A stretch of DNA of 58,973 nucleotides, taken from assembly GCA_031394435.1 (NCBI GenBank), contig JANNTQ010000026.1:1-58973 (forward strand), read 5' to 3'. Source of the stretch: Betaproteobacteria bacterium. Lineage in GTDB: Bacteria > Pseudomonadota > Gammaproteobacteria > Burkholderiales > SG8-39. The position numbers were made by a program, and so were the translations under genes. Of the stretch, positions 10,794 through 22,177 are shown one piece after another (position 1 is the first letter of the stretch; each line of letters opens with the position of its first letter). The notes beneath the pieces are model-generated. The model saw only the letters and a list, made by a program, of their open reading frames with translations, was not told where the DNA came from and did no database searches.

Positions 10794-12653
10794 TCATTTC
10801 CACGCGGTGTTGCCGATATGCAGCTTGTCCACCTTGCGGCGGTGGCCGTAGGTCAAATTGACGATGGCGCGCGACACCACCACCGAGGAAAAGATCGAAG
10901 TCAGGATGCCCAGGCAGTGCACCACGGCGAAGCCGCGCACCGGCCCGGAGCCGAAAATCAGCAGCGACAGCCCGGCGATCAGCGTGGTGATGTTCGAATC
11001 CAGGATGGTGCCCCAGGCGCGCTCGTAGCCCGCCGCGATCGCCGCCTGCGGCGTGGCGCCGCCGCGCAGTTCTTCGCGGATGCGCTCGTTGATCAGCACG
11101 TTGGCGTCGATCGCCATGCCGAGCGTGAGCGCGATGGCGGCGATGCCGGGCAGCGTCAGCGTCGCCTGCAGCATGGACAGCAGCGCCACCAGGAACAGCA
11201 GGTTCACGCCCAGCGCCACCGAGGAGATCAGGCCGAACGCCAGGTAGTACACGGACATGAATACGGCGATGGCGATGAAGCCCCACTGGGTGGAGCTGAA
11301 GCCCTTGTCGATGTTGTCGCGGCCGAGGCTCGGGCCGACGGTGCGCTCCTCGATGATCTCCATCGGCGCGGCGAGCGAACCCGCGCGCAGCAGCAGCGCC
11401 ACGTCGGCGGCTTCGCTGGTGCTCATGCGGCCGGAGATCTGCACCCGCCCGCCGCCGATCTCGCTGCGGATCACCGGCGCGGTCACCACCTCGCCCTTGC
11501 CCTTCTCGATCAGCAGGATTGCCATGCGCTTGCCGACGTTTTCGCGCGTCACTTCCTTGAAGATGCGCGCGCCGGCGCCGTCCAGCGTCAGGTGCACCGC
11601 TGGCTCGTTGGTCTGGTTGTCGAAGCCGGGTTGCGCGTCGGTGAGCCGGTCGCCGGTCAGCACAACTTGTTTCTTCACCAGCAATGGCGCGCCGTTGCGC
11701 TCGACGTAGTACTCGGTGCCGAAGGGCACCTCGCCGCGCGCCGCTGCCGCCAGGATGTCCGGCGTCACCTTGTCCTCGTCCACCATGCGGATCTCGAGAG
11801 TGGCGGTGCGGCCAAGTATGTCCTTCGCCTTGGCTGTGTCCTGCACACCGGGCAGCTGCACCACAATGCGGTCGGCCCCCTGCTGCTGGATCACCGGCTC
11901 GGCCACGCCGAGTTCGTTGATGCGGTTGTGCAGCGTGGTGATGTTCTGCTTGAGCGCGAAGTCCTGCGTGCGCTTGGCCGCCTCGGGCTTGAGCGTGGCG
12001 ACCAGCAGCAGCTCGGCGCCTTCCTCGCGTTCGGCGAGCGCCAGGTCGGCGACGCCGGCGGCGATGATTTCGCGCGCCTTGGCGCGCGTCTCGGCTTCGC
12101 GGAAGCGCACGCGCAGGGACTGGCCCTCGCGCGCCACGCCGCCGTGGCGGATGCTCTTGTCGCGCAGCAGGCTCCTGATGTCGCCGGTAAGGCTCTCCAG
12201 GCGCTTGGTCTGCGCCGCCGGCATGTCCACCTGCAGCAGGAAATGCACGCCGCCGCGCAGGTCGAGGCCGAGGTACATCGGCAGCGCGTGGATTGCCGTC
12301 AGCCAGCCGGGCGAGGAGGAGAGCAGGTTCAGCGCCACCACGTAAGTCGCGTTGGCGGGGTCGGGATTGACTGCCCTGTCGATGGCGTCCTTCGCCTTGA
12401 GCTGGATGTCGGTGTCGGCGAAGCGCACGCGCGCACTGTTGGGGTCGAGCACCGCCCCGGTGTAGGGGATGGAGGCCTGCCTGAGCGTGCTCTCGATGCG
12501 CTGCAGCAGCGCGGTGTCGACGCGCACGGTCGCGCGCAGACTGGACACCTGCACCGCGGGCGACTCGCCGAAAAAGTTCGGCAGCGTGTAGAGCGCGGCG
12601 ACGGCCACGCACAGCGCGACCAGCGCATACTTCCAGCTTGGGTAGCGATTCAT
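10794..12653 (-). CDS. secD: Protein translocase subunit SecD
   Basis: MNRYPSWKY N-terminus, LGLDLRGGVHF motif, large periplasmic domain and C-terminal TM bundle. Confidence 0.93.
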   Translation of the reverse strand: MNRYPSWKYALVALCVAVAALYTLPNFFGESPAVQVSSLRATVRVDTALLQRIESTLRQASIPYTGAVLDPNSARVRFADTDIQLKAKDAIDRAVNPDPANATYVVALNLLSSSPGWLTAIHALPMYLGLDLRGGVHFLLQVDMPAAQTKRLESLTGDIRSLLRDKSIRHGGVAREGQSLRVRFREAETRAKAREIIAAGVADLALAEREEGAELLLVATLKPEAAKRTQDFALKQNITTLHNRINELGVAEPVIQQQGADRIVVQLPGVQDTAKAKDILGRTATLEIRMVDEDKVTPDILAAAARGEVPFGTEYYVERNGAPLLVKKQVVLTGDRLTDAQPGFDNQTNEPAVHLTLDGAGARIFKEVTRENVGKRMAILLIEKGKGEVVTAPVIRSEIGGGRVQISGRMSTSEAADVALLLRAGSLAAPMEIIEERTVGPSLGRDNIDKGFSSTQWGFIAIAVFMSVYYLAFGLISSVALGVNLLFLVALLSMLQATLTLPGIAAIALTLGMAIDANVLINERIREELRGGATPQAAIAAGYERAWGTILDSNITTLIAGLSLLIFGSGPVRGFAVVHCLGILTSIFSSVVVSRAIVNLTYGHRRKVDKLHIGNTAWK

Positions 12654-12663
12654 TCCGCCGACG

Positions 12664-12990
12664 CTACTTCAGCGACTTCATCGTGCCCTTGGGCAGCAGG
12701 GTCTGCACCGCGGCGCGCTGCACGCTGATCACGGTGCTGGGTGCGATCTCGACGCTGAGGTAGGCGTCGCCCATCTCGCTGATGCGTCCCACCACGCCGC
12801 CGGAGGTCACCACCTCGTCGCCCTTTTGCAGCGCCTCGATCATCTGCTTTTGCTCCTTGGCGCGCTTCATCTGCGGCCGGATCATGAGGAAATACAGCAG
12901 CACGAACATCAGGACGATGGGCAGCAGGCCCATGTAACCGGAATCGGCGCCGCCGACGGCGGCCTGTGCGTAGGCCTTGGAAATGATCAC
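12664..12990 (-). CDS. yajC: Preprotein translocase subunit YajC
   Basis: Single TM followed by FLMIRPQMKRAKE and GDEVVTSGG motifs. About 108 aa, upstream of secD. Confidence 0.9.
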   Translation of the reverse strand: MIISKAYAQAAVGGADSGYMGLLPIVLMFVLLYFLMIRPQMKRAKEQKQMIEALQKGDEVVTSGGVVGRISEMGDAYLSVEIAPSTVISVQRAAVQTLLPKGTMKSLK

Positions 12991-13017
12991 TGCGGACTCC
13001 CCAGGAAAGGGCGCGAA

Positions 13018-15135
<2,118 letters not shown>

Positions 15136-15154
15136 CTATAATTCCGCTCCCCGC

Positions 15155-15241
15155 GCCGGAATGGCGGAATCGGTAGACGCAGCGGACTCAAAATCCGCCG
15201 GTGGCAACACCATGAGAGTTCGAGTCTCTCTTCCGGCACCA
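15155..15241 (+). tRNA. tRNA-Leu (anticodon CAA), class II with long variable arm, encoded CCA
   Basis: Acceptor stem GCCGGAA/TTCCGGC. Anticodon loop CT-CAA-AA. T-arm GAGAG-TTCGAGT-CTCTC. Discriminator A plus CCA. A TATAAT hexamer lies at 15137-15142, just upstream. Confidence 0.9.
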
Positions 15242-15358
15242 GGGCAGCGCCGCCGCCCGCACAAGCTCACGCTTTCTTGCTTTCGCGTCAGCCGCTTAAC
15301 TGGACATCGGGAACCCCGCGGGGTAGGCTAAGCCGTCCCTTTTTCCCCTGGGAAGTGC

Positions 15359-16450
15359 ATGGCGAAAGCGCAGCTACTCGTGCTGCCGGCGGCGCGCAAC
15401 ACGGCGATGGTGGTCGACGACCAGTCAACCGGCCGCGCCATCCTCGAGCAGGTGGTGCGCTCGCTCGACGGGCGGGTGTCGGTGGAAGGTTTCGGCCGCC
15501 CGGTGGACGCGGTGGTGTGGGCCACGCGCCACATCGCCGACCTGGTGCTCGTCGACTACATGATGCCGGAGATGAACGGCATCGAGCTGGCCAAGCGCCT
15601 GCGCGCGCTGCCCGGCTACGAGCACGTGCCGATCATGATGGTCACCGCGCACGACGACCGCAAGGTGCGCTACGACGCACTGGACGCGGGCGTCACCGAT
15701 TTCCTCATCAAGCCGGTGGATGCGCGCGAATGCATGGCGCGCTGCAGGAACCTGCTTACCCTGCGCCGCCAGCACCTGGCGCTGGAGGACAAGCGGCGCC
15801 TGCTCGAAGGCATGGTGGAGGAGGCGACGCGCGAAGTGCGCGACCGCGAGAAGGAAACGCTGATGCGCCTGGCGCGCGCCGGCGAGTTCCGCGACGAAGA
15901 AACCGGCCACCACCTGGTGCGCATGGCGCGCTACTCGCGACTGATCGCCGACACCATCGGCTTGGAGCGCGAGGAAGCCGAGACCATCGAGCTCGCCGCG
16001 CCGCTGCACGACATCGGCAAGATCGGCATCCCCGACCAGATCCTGCTGAAAAAGGCCAAGCTCGACGGCCCAGAGTGGGACACCATGCGCAGCCACCCGC
16101 TGATCGGCCACGAAATCCTCAAGGGCAGCGCTTCCAAGTACGTGCGCATGGGTTCCTTGATCGCGCTCGGCCACCACGAGAAGTACGACGGTTCGGGCTA
16201 TCCCAACGGCCTGGTGAGCGACCACATCGCGCTGTGCGCGCGCGTGGTGGCGGTGGCCGACGTTTACGACGCGCTCACTTCGGCGCGGCCCTACAAGAAG
16301 GCCTGGACGAGCGAGGAGGCCTTCGAGTTCCTGCGCCAGCAGCGCGGCAAGCACTTCGATCCGCACCTGGTGGACGCTTTCATCGGCGTGCAGGGCGAGG
16401 TCGAGCGCATCCATCGCGAGCTGCGCGACCCCGAGGCGGTGCGCGCATGA
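15359..16450 (+). CDS. rpfG: Two-component response regulator, receiver + HD-GYP c-di-GMP phosphodiesterase (RpfG-like)
   Basis: REC (VVDDQ ... [13 protein letters not shown] ... IKP). HD-GYP ([23 protein letters not shown]). The stop overlaps the start of the downstream RpfC-like kinase. Confidence 0.85.
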   Translation: MAKAQLLVLPAARNTAMVVDDQSTGRAILEQVVRSLDGRVSVEGFGRPVDAVVWATRHIADLVLVDYMMPEMNGIELAKRLRALPGYEHVPIMMVTAHDDRKVRYDALDAGVTDFLIKPVDARECMARCRNLLTLRRQHLALEDKRRLLEGMVEEATREVRDREKETLMRLARAGEFRDEETGHHLVRMARYSRLIADTIGLEREEAETIELAAPLHDIGKIGIPDQILLKKAKLDGPEWDTMRSHPLIGHEILKGSASKYVRMGSLIALGHHEKYDGSGYPNGLVSDHIALCARVVAVADVYDALTSARPYKKAWTSEEAFEFLRQQRGKHFDPHLVDAFIGVQGEVERIHRELRDPEAVRA

Positions 16451-18975
16451 TGCCGGGTGCGAGCCTGCTGCGATGGATGCGCGCGCGGCTCGCCGCACGG
16501 CCCGACACCGAGCACGAGCAGGCGATCGTGCGCATCGCGGTGGGGGTGGTGCTGTTCGTCTACCTGCTGCCGGGAGCGCTGCGCGAGACCGGCTTCGCGC
16601 CGGGCACCGACCGCCTGTACCTGGCGGTGATGGTCGGCTACCTGGCGTTCGCGCTGGCGGTGTATGCCGGCATCCTGTTCCAGCCCGGCATCTCGACCAT
16701 GCGGCGCCTGGCGAGCGCCTGCGTGGACATCGGCGCAGTGACCTTCTTCATGGCGCAGTCCGGCGTGTACGGCGTGCCGATGTTCATGTTCTACATTTGG
16801 GTGACCCTGGCCAACGGCTTCCGCTTCGGCCAGCGTTACCTGTTGTTCGTCCTTGCGCTATCGGTATGCGGCTTCGGCGTGGTGCTGCTGGTGGACGAGT
16901 TCTGGTCGCTGCACAAGACCGAGGGCCTGGGGCTGATCACCGCCTTCATCGCGCTGAGCTTCTACGTGCGCTCGCTGGTGACGCGCATGTTCGATGCGGT
17001 GGCGCGCGCCGAGGCCGCCAACCAGGCCAAGCGCCGTTTCATCTCGGTGGTGAGCCACGAGATGAGAACGCCGCTGAACGCCATCATCGGCATGTCCGAC
17101 CTGATGCGCGACACCACGCTGTCGCGCGAGCAGGCCGACATGCTGCAGACGCTGCGCGGCTCGAGCAACGTGATGCTGGGCCTGGTCGAGGACGTGCTCG
17201 ACTTCTCCAAGATCGAGGCCGGCAAGCTGGTGCTGGAGCGCACCGATTTCGACCTGCACGCGCTGGTGAACAGCACCAGCCGCATCCTGCAGGCGCAGGC
17301 GCAGGCGAAGAGCGTCGAGTTCGTGGTGTCGATGATGCCGGAGGTGCCGCCGGCGTTGCGCGGCGACGCGCACCACCTGCGACAGGTGCTGATCAACCTT
17401 GCCGGCAACGCGGTCAAGTTCACCGAGCGCGGCAGCGTCACGGTGCACGTGTCGCTGCAGGAGGAGACTGAGGCGGCCGTGCGGCTCAAGTTCTCGGTGC
17501 GCGACACCGGTGTGGGTATCCCGCCGGTAGCGCAGCAGCGCATCTTCGACAGCTTCACCCAGGCCGACCAGTCCACCACGCGGCGCTTCGGCGGCACGGG
17601 GCTGGGCACCACCATCGCCAAGCAGTTGGTCGAGCTGATGGGCGGCAAAATTGGCCTGGAAAGCGCGGTCGGCCTGGGCAGCACTTTCTGGTTCGACATC
17701 CTGCTCGACAAGCAGGCCGAGCGCGCGGGTGCCGGCGCGGGAGAGCTGGCCGGGGCGCGCATCCTGCTGGTGGGCTTCCCGGAGGCGCGCGCACAGCCGA
17801 TCGCCCTTTCACTGGCTGCCTGGGGCGCGCAGTCGGTGCACGCTGCCACGCTTGAAGAAGCAGGCGACCGCATTGTCGCCGACATCGCGCTTGCCAAGCC
17901 CTACCACAGCGCGCTGCTGTACTCGGAGCGCGGCGACCCGCAGCTCGCGCGGCGCTTCCGCCGTGTGGCGCCGGAGCCGGCGCCGCCGGTGGTGCTGGCG
18001 GCGCCGCGCGAAGCCGAGGTGCAGCGCTTCGCCGCGCTCTCGGGCGGCTTCGGCGCGGTGCTCGAGCTGCCCTTCGACAAGCGCCAGTTGTTCCACGTGC
18101 TGCACGCCATCTCGTCCGCCGGCGAGGCGCGCGACGGCGTGGTACGGCTGCAGGATTACGCCAAGCGCGACCAGGGCGCGAAACGACTGTCGGTGCTGGT
18201 GGCCGACGACAACCCCACCAACCGCGAGGTGCTGGGCAAGATCCTGGAGCGCGCCGGCCACGGGGTGACCCTGGCTGCCGACGGCGATCTGGCGCTCGAC
18301 GCGATGGAGGCCGGCCACTTCGACATCGTGCTGCTCGACCGCAACATGCCCGGCCTGAGCGGTGTGGAGACCCTGCAGGCGATTCGCCTGATGACCCGCG
18401 GCCGCGAGCGCCTGCCAGTGGTGATGCTGTCGGCCGACGTGACCCTGGAAGCGAAACGCGAATGCCTGGAGGCGGGCGCCGACAGCTTCATCCCGAAGCC
18501 GGTGGAAGCGCTTCGGCTGCTGGACGAACTACGCACCCTTACCTCGGGCAAGGGCAAGGAGGCCGAGCGCGCCATGCATCCGGCGGCCGCGGCGCCGGTC
18601 GCGCCGAGCGCCGAGGCGGCGAACGCGGAAACGCTTTCGCACCTGGAAGAACTGGGCTCCACGCCCGACTTCCTCGAGCGGCTGGTCGGGGTGTTCATCG
18701 CCGACAGCCAGTCGCTGCTCGCCAGGATGGAAGCCTCGGTCGCAGCGCGCAATTTCGGCGAGTTCCGCGCCCACCTGCATGCCATGAAAGGCTCGGCGGC
18801 GAGCATCGGCACCGAACGTCTGACCCGCCTTTGCTCTGTGCTGGGCAAGACCTCCGACGCCGAGTTGCGCATGCAGGGCGCGGGGCTGTTGCGCTCCCTC
18901 AGCGAGGAGTTCGCGCTCGGCCGCGCAGCGCTGGAGCGTTACGTGCAGGAAAAGCGCAGCCGCTCGGCGAACTAG
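16447..18975 (+). CDS. rpfC: Hybrid sensor histidine kinase, RpfC-like (multi-TM DSF-sensor-type N-terminus, HisKA, HATPase, degenerate receiver, REC, HPt)
   Basis: The N-terminus ([19 protein letters not shown] ... [16 protein letters not shown]) matches my recollection of the Xanthomonas RpfC input region (RLSGRADSEHAQNLIRI ... MWVTIGNGLRYG). H-box [16 protein letters not shown] boxes, REC ([13 protein letters not shown]...LLDRNMPG...KP) and HPt ([11 protein letters not shown]). Confidence 0.85.
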   Translation: MMPGASLLRWMRARLAARPDTEHEQAIVRIAVGVVLFVYLLPGALRETGFAPGTDRLYLAVMVGYLAFALAVYAGILFQPGISTMRRLASACVDIGAVTFFMAQSGVYGVPMFMFYIWVTLANGFRFGQRYLLFVLALSVCGFGVVLLVDEFWSLHKTEGLGLITAFIALSFYVRSLVTRMFDAVARAEAANQAKRRFISVVSHEMRTPLNAIIGMSDLMRDTTLSREQADMLQTLRGSSNVMLGLVEDVLDFSKIEAGKLVLERTDFDLHALVNSTSRILQAQAQAKSVEFVVSMMPEVPPALRGDAHHLRQVLINLAGNAVKFTERGSVTVHVSLQEETEAAVRLKFSVRDTGVGIPPVAQQRIFDSFTQADQSTTRRFGGTGLGTTIAKQLVELMGGKIGLESAVGLGSTFWFDILLDKQAERAGAGAGELAGARILLVGFPEARAQPIALSLAAWGAQSVHAATLEEAGDRIVADIALAKPYHSALLYSERGDPQLARRFRRVAPEPAPPVVLAAPREAEVQRFAALSGGFGAVLELPFDKRQLFHVLHAISSAGEARDGVVRLQDYAKRDQGAKRLSVLVADDNPTNREVLGKILERAGHGVTLAADGDLALDAMEAGHFDIVLLDRNMPGLSGVETLQAIRLMTRGRERLPVVMLSADVTLEAKRECLEAGADSFIPKPVEALRLLDELRTLTSGKGKEAERAMHPAAAAPVAPSAEAANAETLSHLEELGSTPDFLERLVGVFIADSQSLLARMEASVAARNFGEFRAHLHAMKGSAASIGTERLTRLCSVLGKTSDAELRMQGAGLLRSLSEEFALGRAALERYVQEKRSRSAN

Positions 18976-19053
18976 CGCCGTAGCGGCGCCCGCCTTGCGC
19001 GGGGGGCGACGAACTTTCCACTACAATCCCGGCTTCTCAATGCGGAGCCTGGG

Positions 19054-19719
19054 ATGTCATTCTTCATCAAACTGGTCGAAGACAGCGACGCGGGGCGCCG
19101 CGCCCTGGAGGACGATCCGCGCGTGCACGCCATGATCCACCATGGCCTGAAGCTGGACGAATACCGGGCCTTCCTGCACGACCTGTATCACATCGTCTGG
19201 CATTTCTGCCCGGTGATGGCGGCCGCGGTGGCGCGCTGCGGGGACGAATTCCGCGACGTGCGCTATGCGCTGTATGAGCGCATCGAGGAAGAGAAGGGGC
19301 ACGAACACTGGGTGCTGGAGGACATCGGGGCTATGGGGGGCGATGTCGCCGCGGCAGGGTCCGTGCTGCCGAGCATCCCGGTGCAGGCGATGATCGCGTT
19401 CAATTACTACGCGGTCGAACGCGTGCATCCGTGCTCGGTGCTGGGCATGCTCTACATGCTCGAGGTGGTCTCCTCGGTGTACGGCGGCCGGGTGTCGGAT
19501 TCGATCGCCCGCGCGCTGGGCAGGGAGGCGGCGGCGGGCGGCTTCAAATTCCTGACCTCGCATGCGGCGATGGACCTCGACCACATGGCGAGCCTCAACC
19601 GGTTGCTGAAGACGGTCGCGGATCCAGCTGCACAGGCGGCGATCATCCGCACGACCAACGCCAACTTCCACCAGTTCGGCCAGATCTTCCGGCCGGGCGG
19701 CTCGCTCGCGCCAGCCTAG
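19054..19719 (+). CDS. Heme-oxygenase-like (iron-containing redox enzyme / HDO-type di-iron) family protein
   Basis: All-helical, 221 aa. It has an E..H carboxylate/His pattern (IEEEKGHEHWVLEDI; HAAMDLDH) typical of the PqqC/TenA/heme-oxygenase-like fold. A GGAG lies 6 nt upstream of the ATG. 78 nt downstream of rpfC on the same strand. Confidence 0.7.
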   Translation: MSFFIKLVEDSDAGRRALEDDPRVHAMIHHGLKLDEYRAFLHDLYHIVWHFCPVMAAAVARCGDEFRDVRYALYERIEEEKGHEHWVLEDIGAMGGDVAAAGSVLPSIPVQAMIAFNYYAVERVHPCSVLGMLYMLEVVSSVYGGRVSDSIARALGREAAAGGFKFLTSHAAMDLDHMASLNRLLKTVADPAAQAAIIRTTNANFHQFGQIFRPGGSLAPA

Positions 19720-19722
19720 GCA

Positions 19723-20856
19723 TCACGCGGCCTTGAGCAGCAAGGCCGGGCGCGGGGCCTGCTGCGCCTGCCGCGGCGCCAGCAGTTCCCTGGCCGTCAC
19801 GCTGAACATGCGCGCCGTCCCGGTGGTCGGCTTGCCGTCGAAATCCAGCCAGCGGTGGTTGTCGAAGTCGTAGAGCTTGCAGCGGCGCAGCGTGTCGAGG
19901 AACGAGCGCAGGGTGAATTTCTGCACCACCGCGTGCTCGCCCAGCAGCAAGTTGAGCTTTGCCTGCGCCGCCTTGAGGCGGTAGCACGGGATGCGCGGAT
20001 GCAGGTGGTGGACCGGGTGGTCCATCACGTCATGGGTCAGCCGGCCGAACCAGCCCGGCATCTTCCAGTGCACCGCCAGGAGCTCGCCGCGGTCGTAGAA
20101 CACCTTGTTGTCCTCGTCCGTGCCGCGCAGCCAGGCGACGTCCGGGTGGGTGTGCTGCAGGTACAGGCCCCATCCGGTCACGGCCATGAATACAACGAAC
20201 GGATAGACGACGCCCAGCGCAATCGCCTGCAGCGAGCCCGCGTTCGCGTAAAGCGGCGCCGAGGCCAGCGCGCCGAGGAACAGCGCGGCGTAGGCGAGCA
20301 GGAACCAGAAGTGCGGCCAGGCTGCCTTGCGGTGCGCTGCGGGCATCTGGCCACGGGGAAACAGCTTCATGTCCCACCAGCGCTCGACGAGGTAGTACAG
20401 TGCCCAGCCGATGACGGTGGGCCCGCGGTAGAGCCGCTCCAGCAACTGGCGCCATTTCGGCATGGCGTCGTATTCGGCCTTGGTGAACGGCGTGTAGGTG
20501 TCCTTGATCGGGCCGTTGGTGTGGGGGTGGTGGCGCACGTGGTGGTCGTATACCCACATCCGGTAGTTGTAGAGGCAGGGCGCATACACGATCACGCCCA
20601 GCAGCCAGTTGAGGCGTTTTCCCCGCACCAGGCAGCCGTGCGCGGCGTCGTGCCCGAGCGTCTTGAGGGCGCTGAGCTTGAAGCCGGCCACCGTGGCCGC
20701 CAGCACCTTCATCCACAGCTCGGGCAGCAACAGCACGCCGGCGATGCCCGCCCAGTACAGGCCGAAGTCGTAAAGGAAGAATGCCAGGCCGACGGCCGTG
20801 CTGGACCTGACGTGGGGCGCGATCTGTCGCAGCGCTTCGCGTTGACTGATAAGCAT
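19723..20856 (-). CDS. Membrane fatty-acid desaturase family protein (Delta12/DesA-like His-box enzyme)
   Basis: Three His boxes (HDAAHG; HHVRHH; HDVMDHPVHHLH), the LQHTHP motif and hydrophobic segments. AAGGAGA RBS. Starts 16 nt after the rpfF-like stop. Confidence 0.85.
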   Translation of the reverse strand: MLISQREALRQIAPHVRSSTAVGLAFFLYDFGLYWAGIAGVLLLPELWMKVLAATVAGFKLSALKTLGHDAAHGCLVRGKRLNWLLGVIVYAPCLYNYRMWVYDHHVRHHPHTNGPIKDTYTPFTKAEYDAMPKWRQLLERLYRGPTVIGWALYYLVERWWDMKLFPRGQMPAAHRKAAWPHFWFLLAYAALFLGALASAPLYANAGSLQAIALGVVYPFVVFMAVTGWGLYLQHTHPDVAWLRGTDEDNKVFYDRGELLAVHWKMPGWFGRLTHDVMDHPVHHLHPRIPCYRLKAAQAKLNLLLGEHAVVQKFTLRSFLDTLRRCKLYDFDNHRWLDFDGKPTTGTARMFSVTARELLAPRQAQQAPRPALLLKAA

Positions 20857-20872
20857 GGGAGTCTCCTTGTGC

Positions 20873-21820
20873 TCAGCCTACGGCCGCCAGCGCGCCGGTG
20901 CTCTCGTTCGCCGCGTCCGCCGTGATGTCGACGACGTCGCCGTGCTCCATGCGCCTCATTTGCGAGCGCACGATGCGGCTCATCATCTTCAGGTCGCGGT
21001 CCTCGATGCGCAGCGCCGCGTCCACCCAGGTCTCGGCGATGGCGTCCAGCTCCTCGCGCGTGATCGGCGACACCTGCTGGCGCGTGCGGTGCAGCGCCTG
21101 CATGCCGTTGCGCCGGCGGTCGTTCTTCATGATCCACTCCGCGACCGCCGCCTCGCCCTGGCCGTCTTTCGCCAGCACGTCGACGATACCCATCTCGTGC
21201 AGCTTCGCCGCCGGCAGCACCTTGCCGGAGAGGATCAGTTCCTCCGCCGCGCGCAGGCCGATGCGGCGCGTGAGCAGGCTCACCGCGCCCATGCCCGGAA
21301 ACAGGTTGAACAGGATCTCCGGCAGTCCGAGCTGCGCCGACTCCTCCGCCACCAGCACGTCGGAGGACATGGCGCATTCGAAGCCGCCGCCCAGCGCGTC
21401 GCCCTGCACCAGGGAAATGGTGGTGAGCGTCGGGCAGAAGTAGTTCTGGATGCGCGGGTGGACGTTGTCGATGCACAGGCGCGCGTAGTGCGCAAGTGCT
21501 TCGCGATCGCGCGCCTTGATCAGCAGCACGAACAGGGCCAGGTCACCGCCCAGGTTGAATACGCGCGGCACGCGCGACGCGCACACGTAGTAGTGCGCTT
21601 TCTGCAGCTCGCCGCCGACTTCCACGCGGCCGCCGTTGGCGGCCAGCGCGCTGTCGTGCTGCCGGATGTCCTTCAGCAGGCCCAGGCTGAAGCAGGGTGT
21701 GCCTTTCGGCTGGAAATAGCCCCAGATCGTGCCCGTCGCCGGTTCGAACTCCGTAAGGTACTGCGAAGTGGCCTTGCCGTAAGGCAACCTCAGGCCAAGT
21801 ACGTCGCGCATGTTGCTCAT
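20873..21820 (-). CDS. rpfF: Crotonase-fold DSF synthase (RpfF family enoyl-CoA hydratase/thioesterase-like)
   Basis: Near-identical blocks to Xanthomonas RpfF as I recall it: VFNLGGDLALF, SLVQGDALGGGFECAM, GLPEILFNLFPGMGA, and ETWVDAAL...MSRIVRSQ. Both catalytic Glu positions are present (GGGFE, LPE). I chose the ATG at 21820, which follows GGAGAAGGAA, over the longer ORF start at 21916. Confidence 0.88.
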   Translation of the reverse strand: MSNMRDVLGLRLPYGKATSQYLTEFEPATGTIWGYFQPKGTPCFSLGLLKDIRQHDSALAANGGRVEVGGELQKAHYYVCASRVPRVFNLGGDLALFVLLIKARDREALAHYARLCIDNVHPRIQNYFCPTLTTISLVQGDALGGGFECAMSSDVLVAEESAQLGLPEILFNLFPGMGAVSLLTRRIGLRAAEELILSGKVLPAAKLHEMGIVDVLAKDGQGEAAVAEWIMKNDRRRNGMQALHRTRQQVSPITREELDAIAETWVDAALRIEDRDLKMMSRIVRSQMRRMEHGDVVDITADAANESTGALAAVG

Positions 21821-21914
21821 TTGATGTTCCTTCTCCGTAAAGAAGGCCCCCCTGGCGGGAGCCGATGCCCAAGGTCCGGACGGTGCGTTACCCGTTTCGA
21901 ACCTCCCAGTAGTC

Positions 21915-21944
21915 ATTTAACGCTGTTTGACAATCAATATGCAA
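21915..21944 (-). promoter_or_regulatory. Candidate sigma70-type promoter for the rpfF-desaturase operon
   Basis: On the minus strand: TTGCAT - 18 nt - TTAAAT. It lies in the AT-richer intergenic region about 95 nt upstream of the rpfF start. Hexamer match only. Confidence 0.25.
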
Positions 21945-21983
21945 ATCATGGTTTTCCCGAGGTTTACCTCCGAGAATTCCTTA

Positions 21984-21999
21984 TGTGCAGTTGTGCACA
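21984..21999. promoter_or_regulatory. Perfect CRP/FNR(Clp)-type palindrome TGTGC-N6-GCACA
   Basis: The sequence TGTGCAGTTGTGCACA was read directly. It has the geometry of CRP-family boxes (TGTGA-N6-TCACA). It sits about 165 nt upstream of the rpfF start. Confidence 0.35.
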
Positions 22000-22037
22000 C
22001 TAGGGCAGAGCTGGGGAATTCGGGCTGGGTTCACTGT

Positions 22038-22055
22038 TTGCGTGAGCTGACGCAA
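22038..22055. promoter_or_regulatory. 18-bp near-perfect palindrome TTGCGTGAGCTGACGCAA (candidate operator)
   Basis: 16 of 18 positions are self-complementary. Located in the divergent intergenic region between rpfF and the 78-aa ORF. Confidence 0.3.
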
Positions 22056-22177
22056 GTAGAGCCATTGTTTTGACAGCGATTGTTGCAATTCCGCCACATT
22101 TGTCGTGCTGGACGCGCCACTGGAGGAATCGGTTATAACGTGGTCGTCGCAGTGCCGCGGAATGCGAAGGGGGCACC

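Noticed and set aside
10783-12612. 609-aa same-strand alternative-frame ORF inside secD
   Set aside because: It is Arg/Ala/Gly-rich nonsense in frame +1 relative to secD, whereas the secD frame has clear family motifs.
15318-15327. CCCCGCGGGG palindrome downstream of tRNA-Leu
   Set aside because: It is too short and loop-less to be a terminator hairpin, and chance palindromes of this type are common in high-GC DNA.
15277-18975. Single 1232-aa ORF spanning both the rpfG-like and rpfC-like regions
   Set aside because: The first ~390 codons are an alternative-frame read-through of the rpfG-like gene, Arg/Pro/Gly/Ala-rich with no motifs. The REC/HD-GYP protein is in the 15359-16450 frame. The kinase starts at the ATG pair at 16447, overlapping that gene's stop.
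18976-19053. Possible terminator hairpin after the rpfC-like gene (GCGCCCGCC...GCGGGGGGCG)
   Set aside because: The arms are imperfectly complementary and there is no T-run. The downstream HDO gene has its own RBS only 78 nt away, so co-transcription seems at least as likely.
22070-22100. TTGACA hexamer (22070-22075) as a -35 for the 78-aa ORF
   Set aside because: There is no acceptable -10 at 16-18 nt spacing; the nearest candidates are GCAATT at 9 nt and CACATT at 19 nt. I did not call a promoter.
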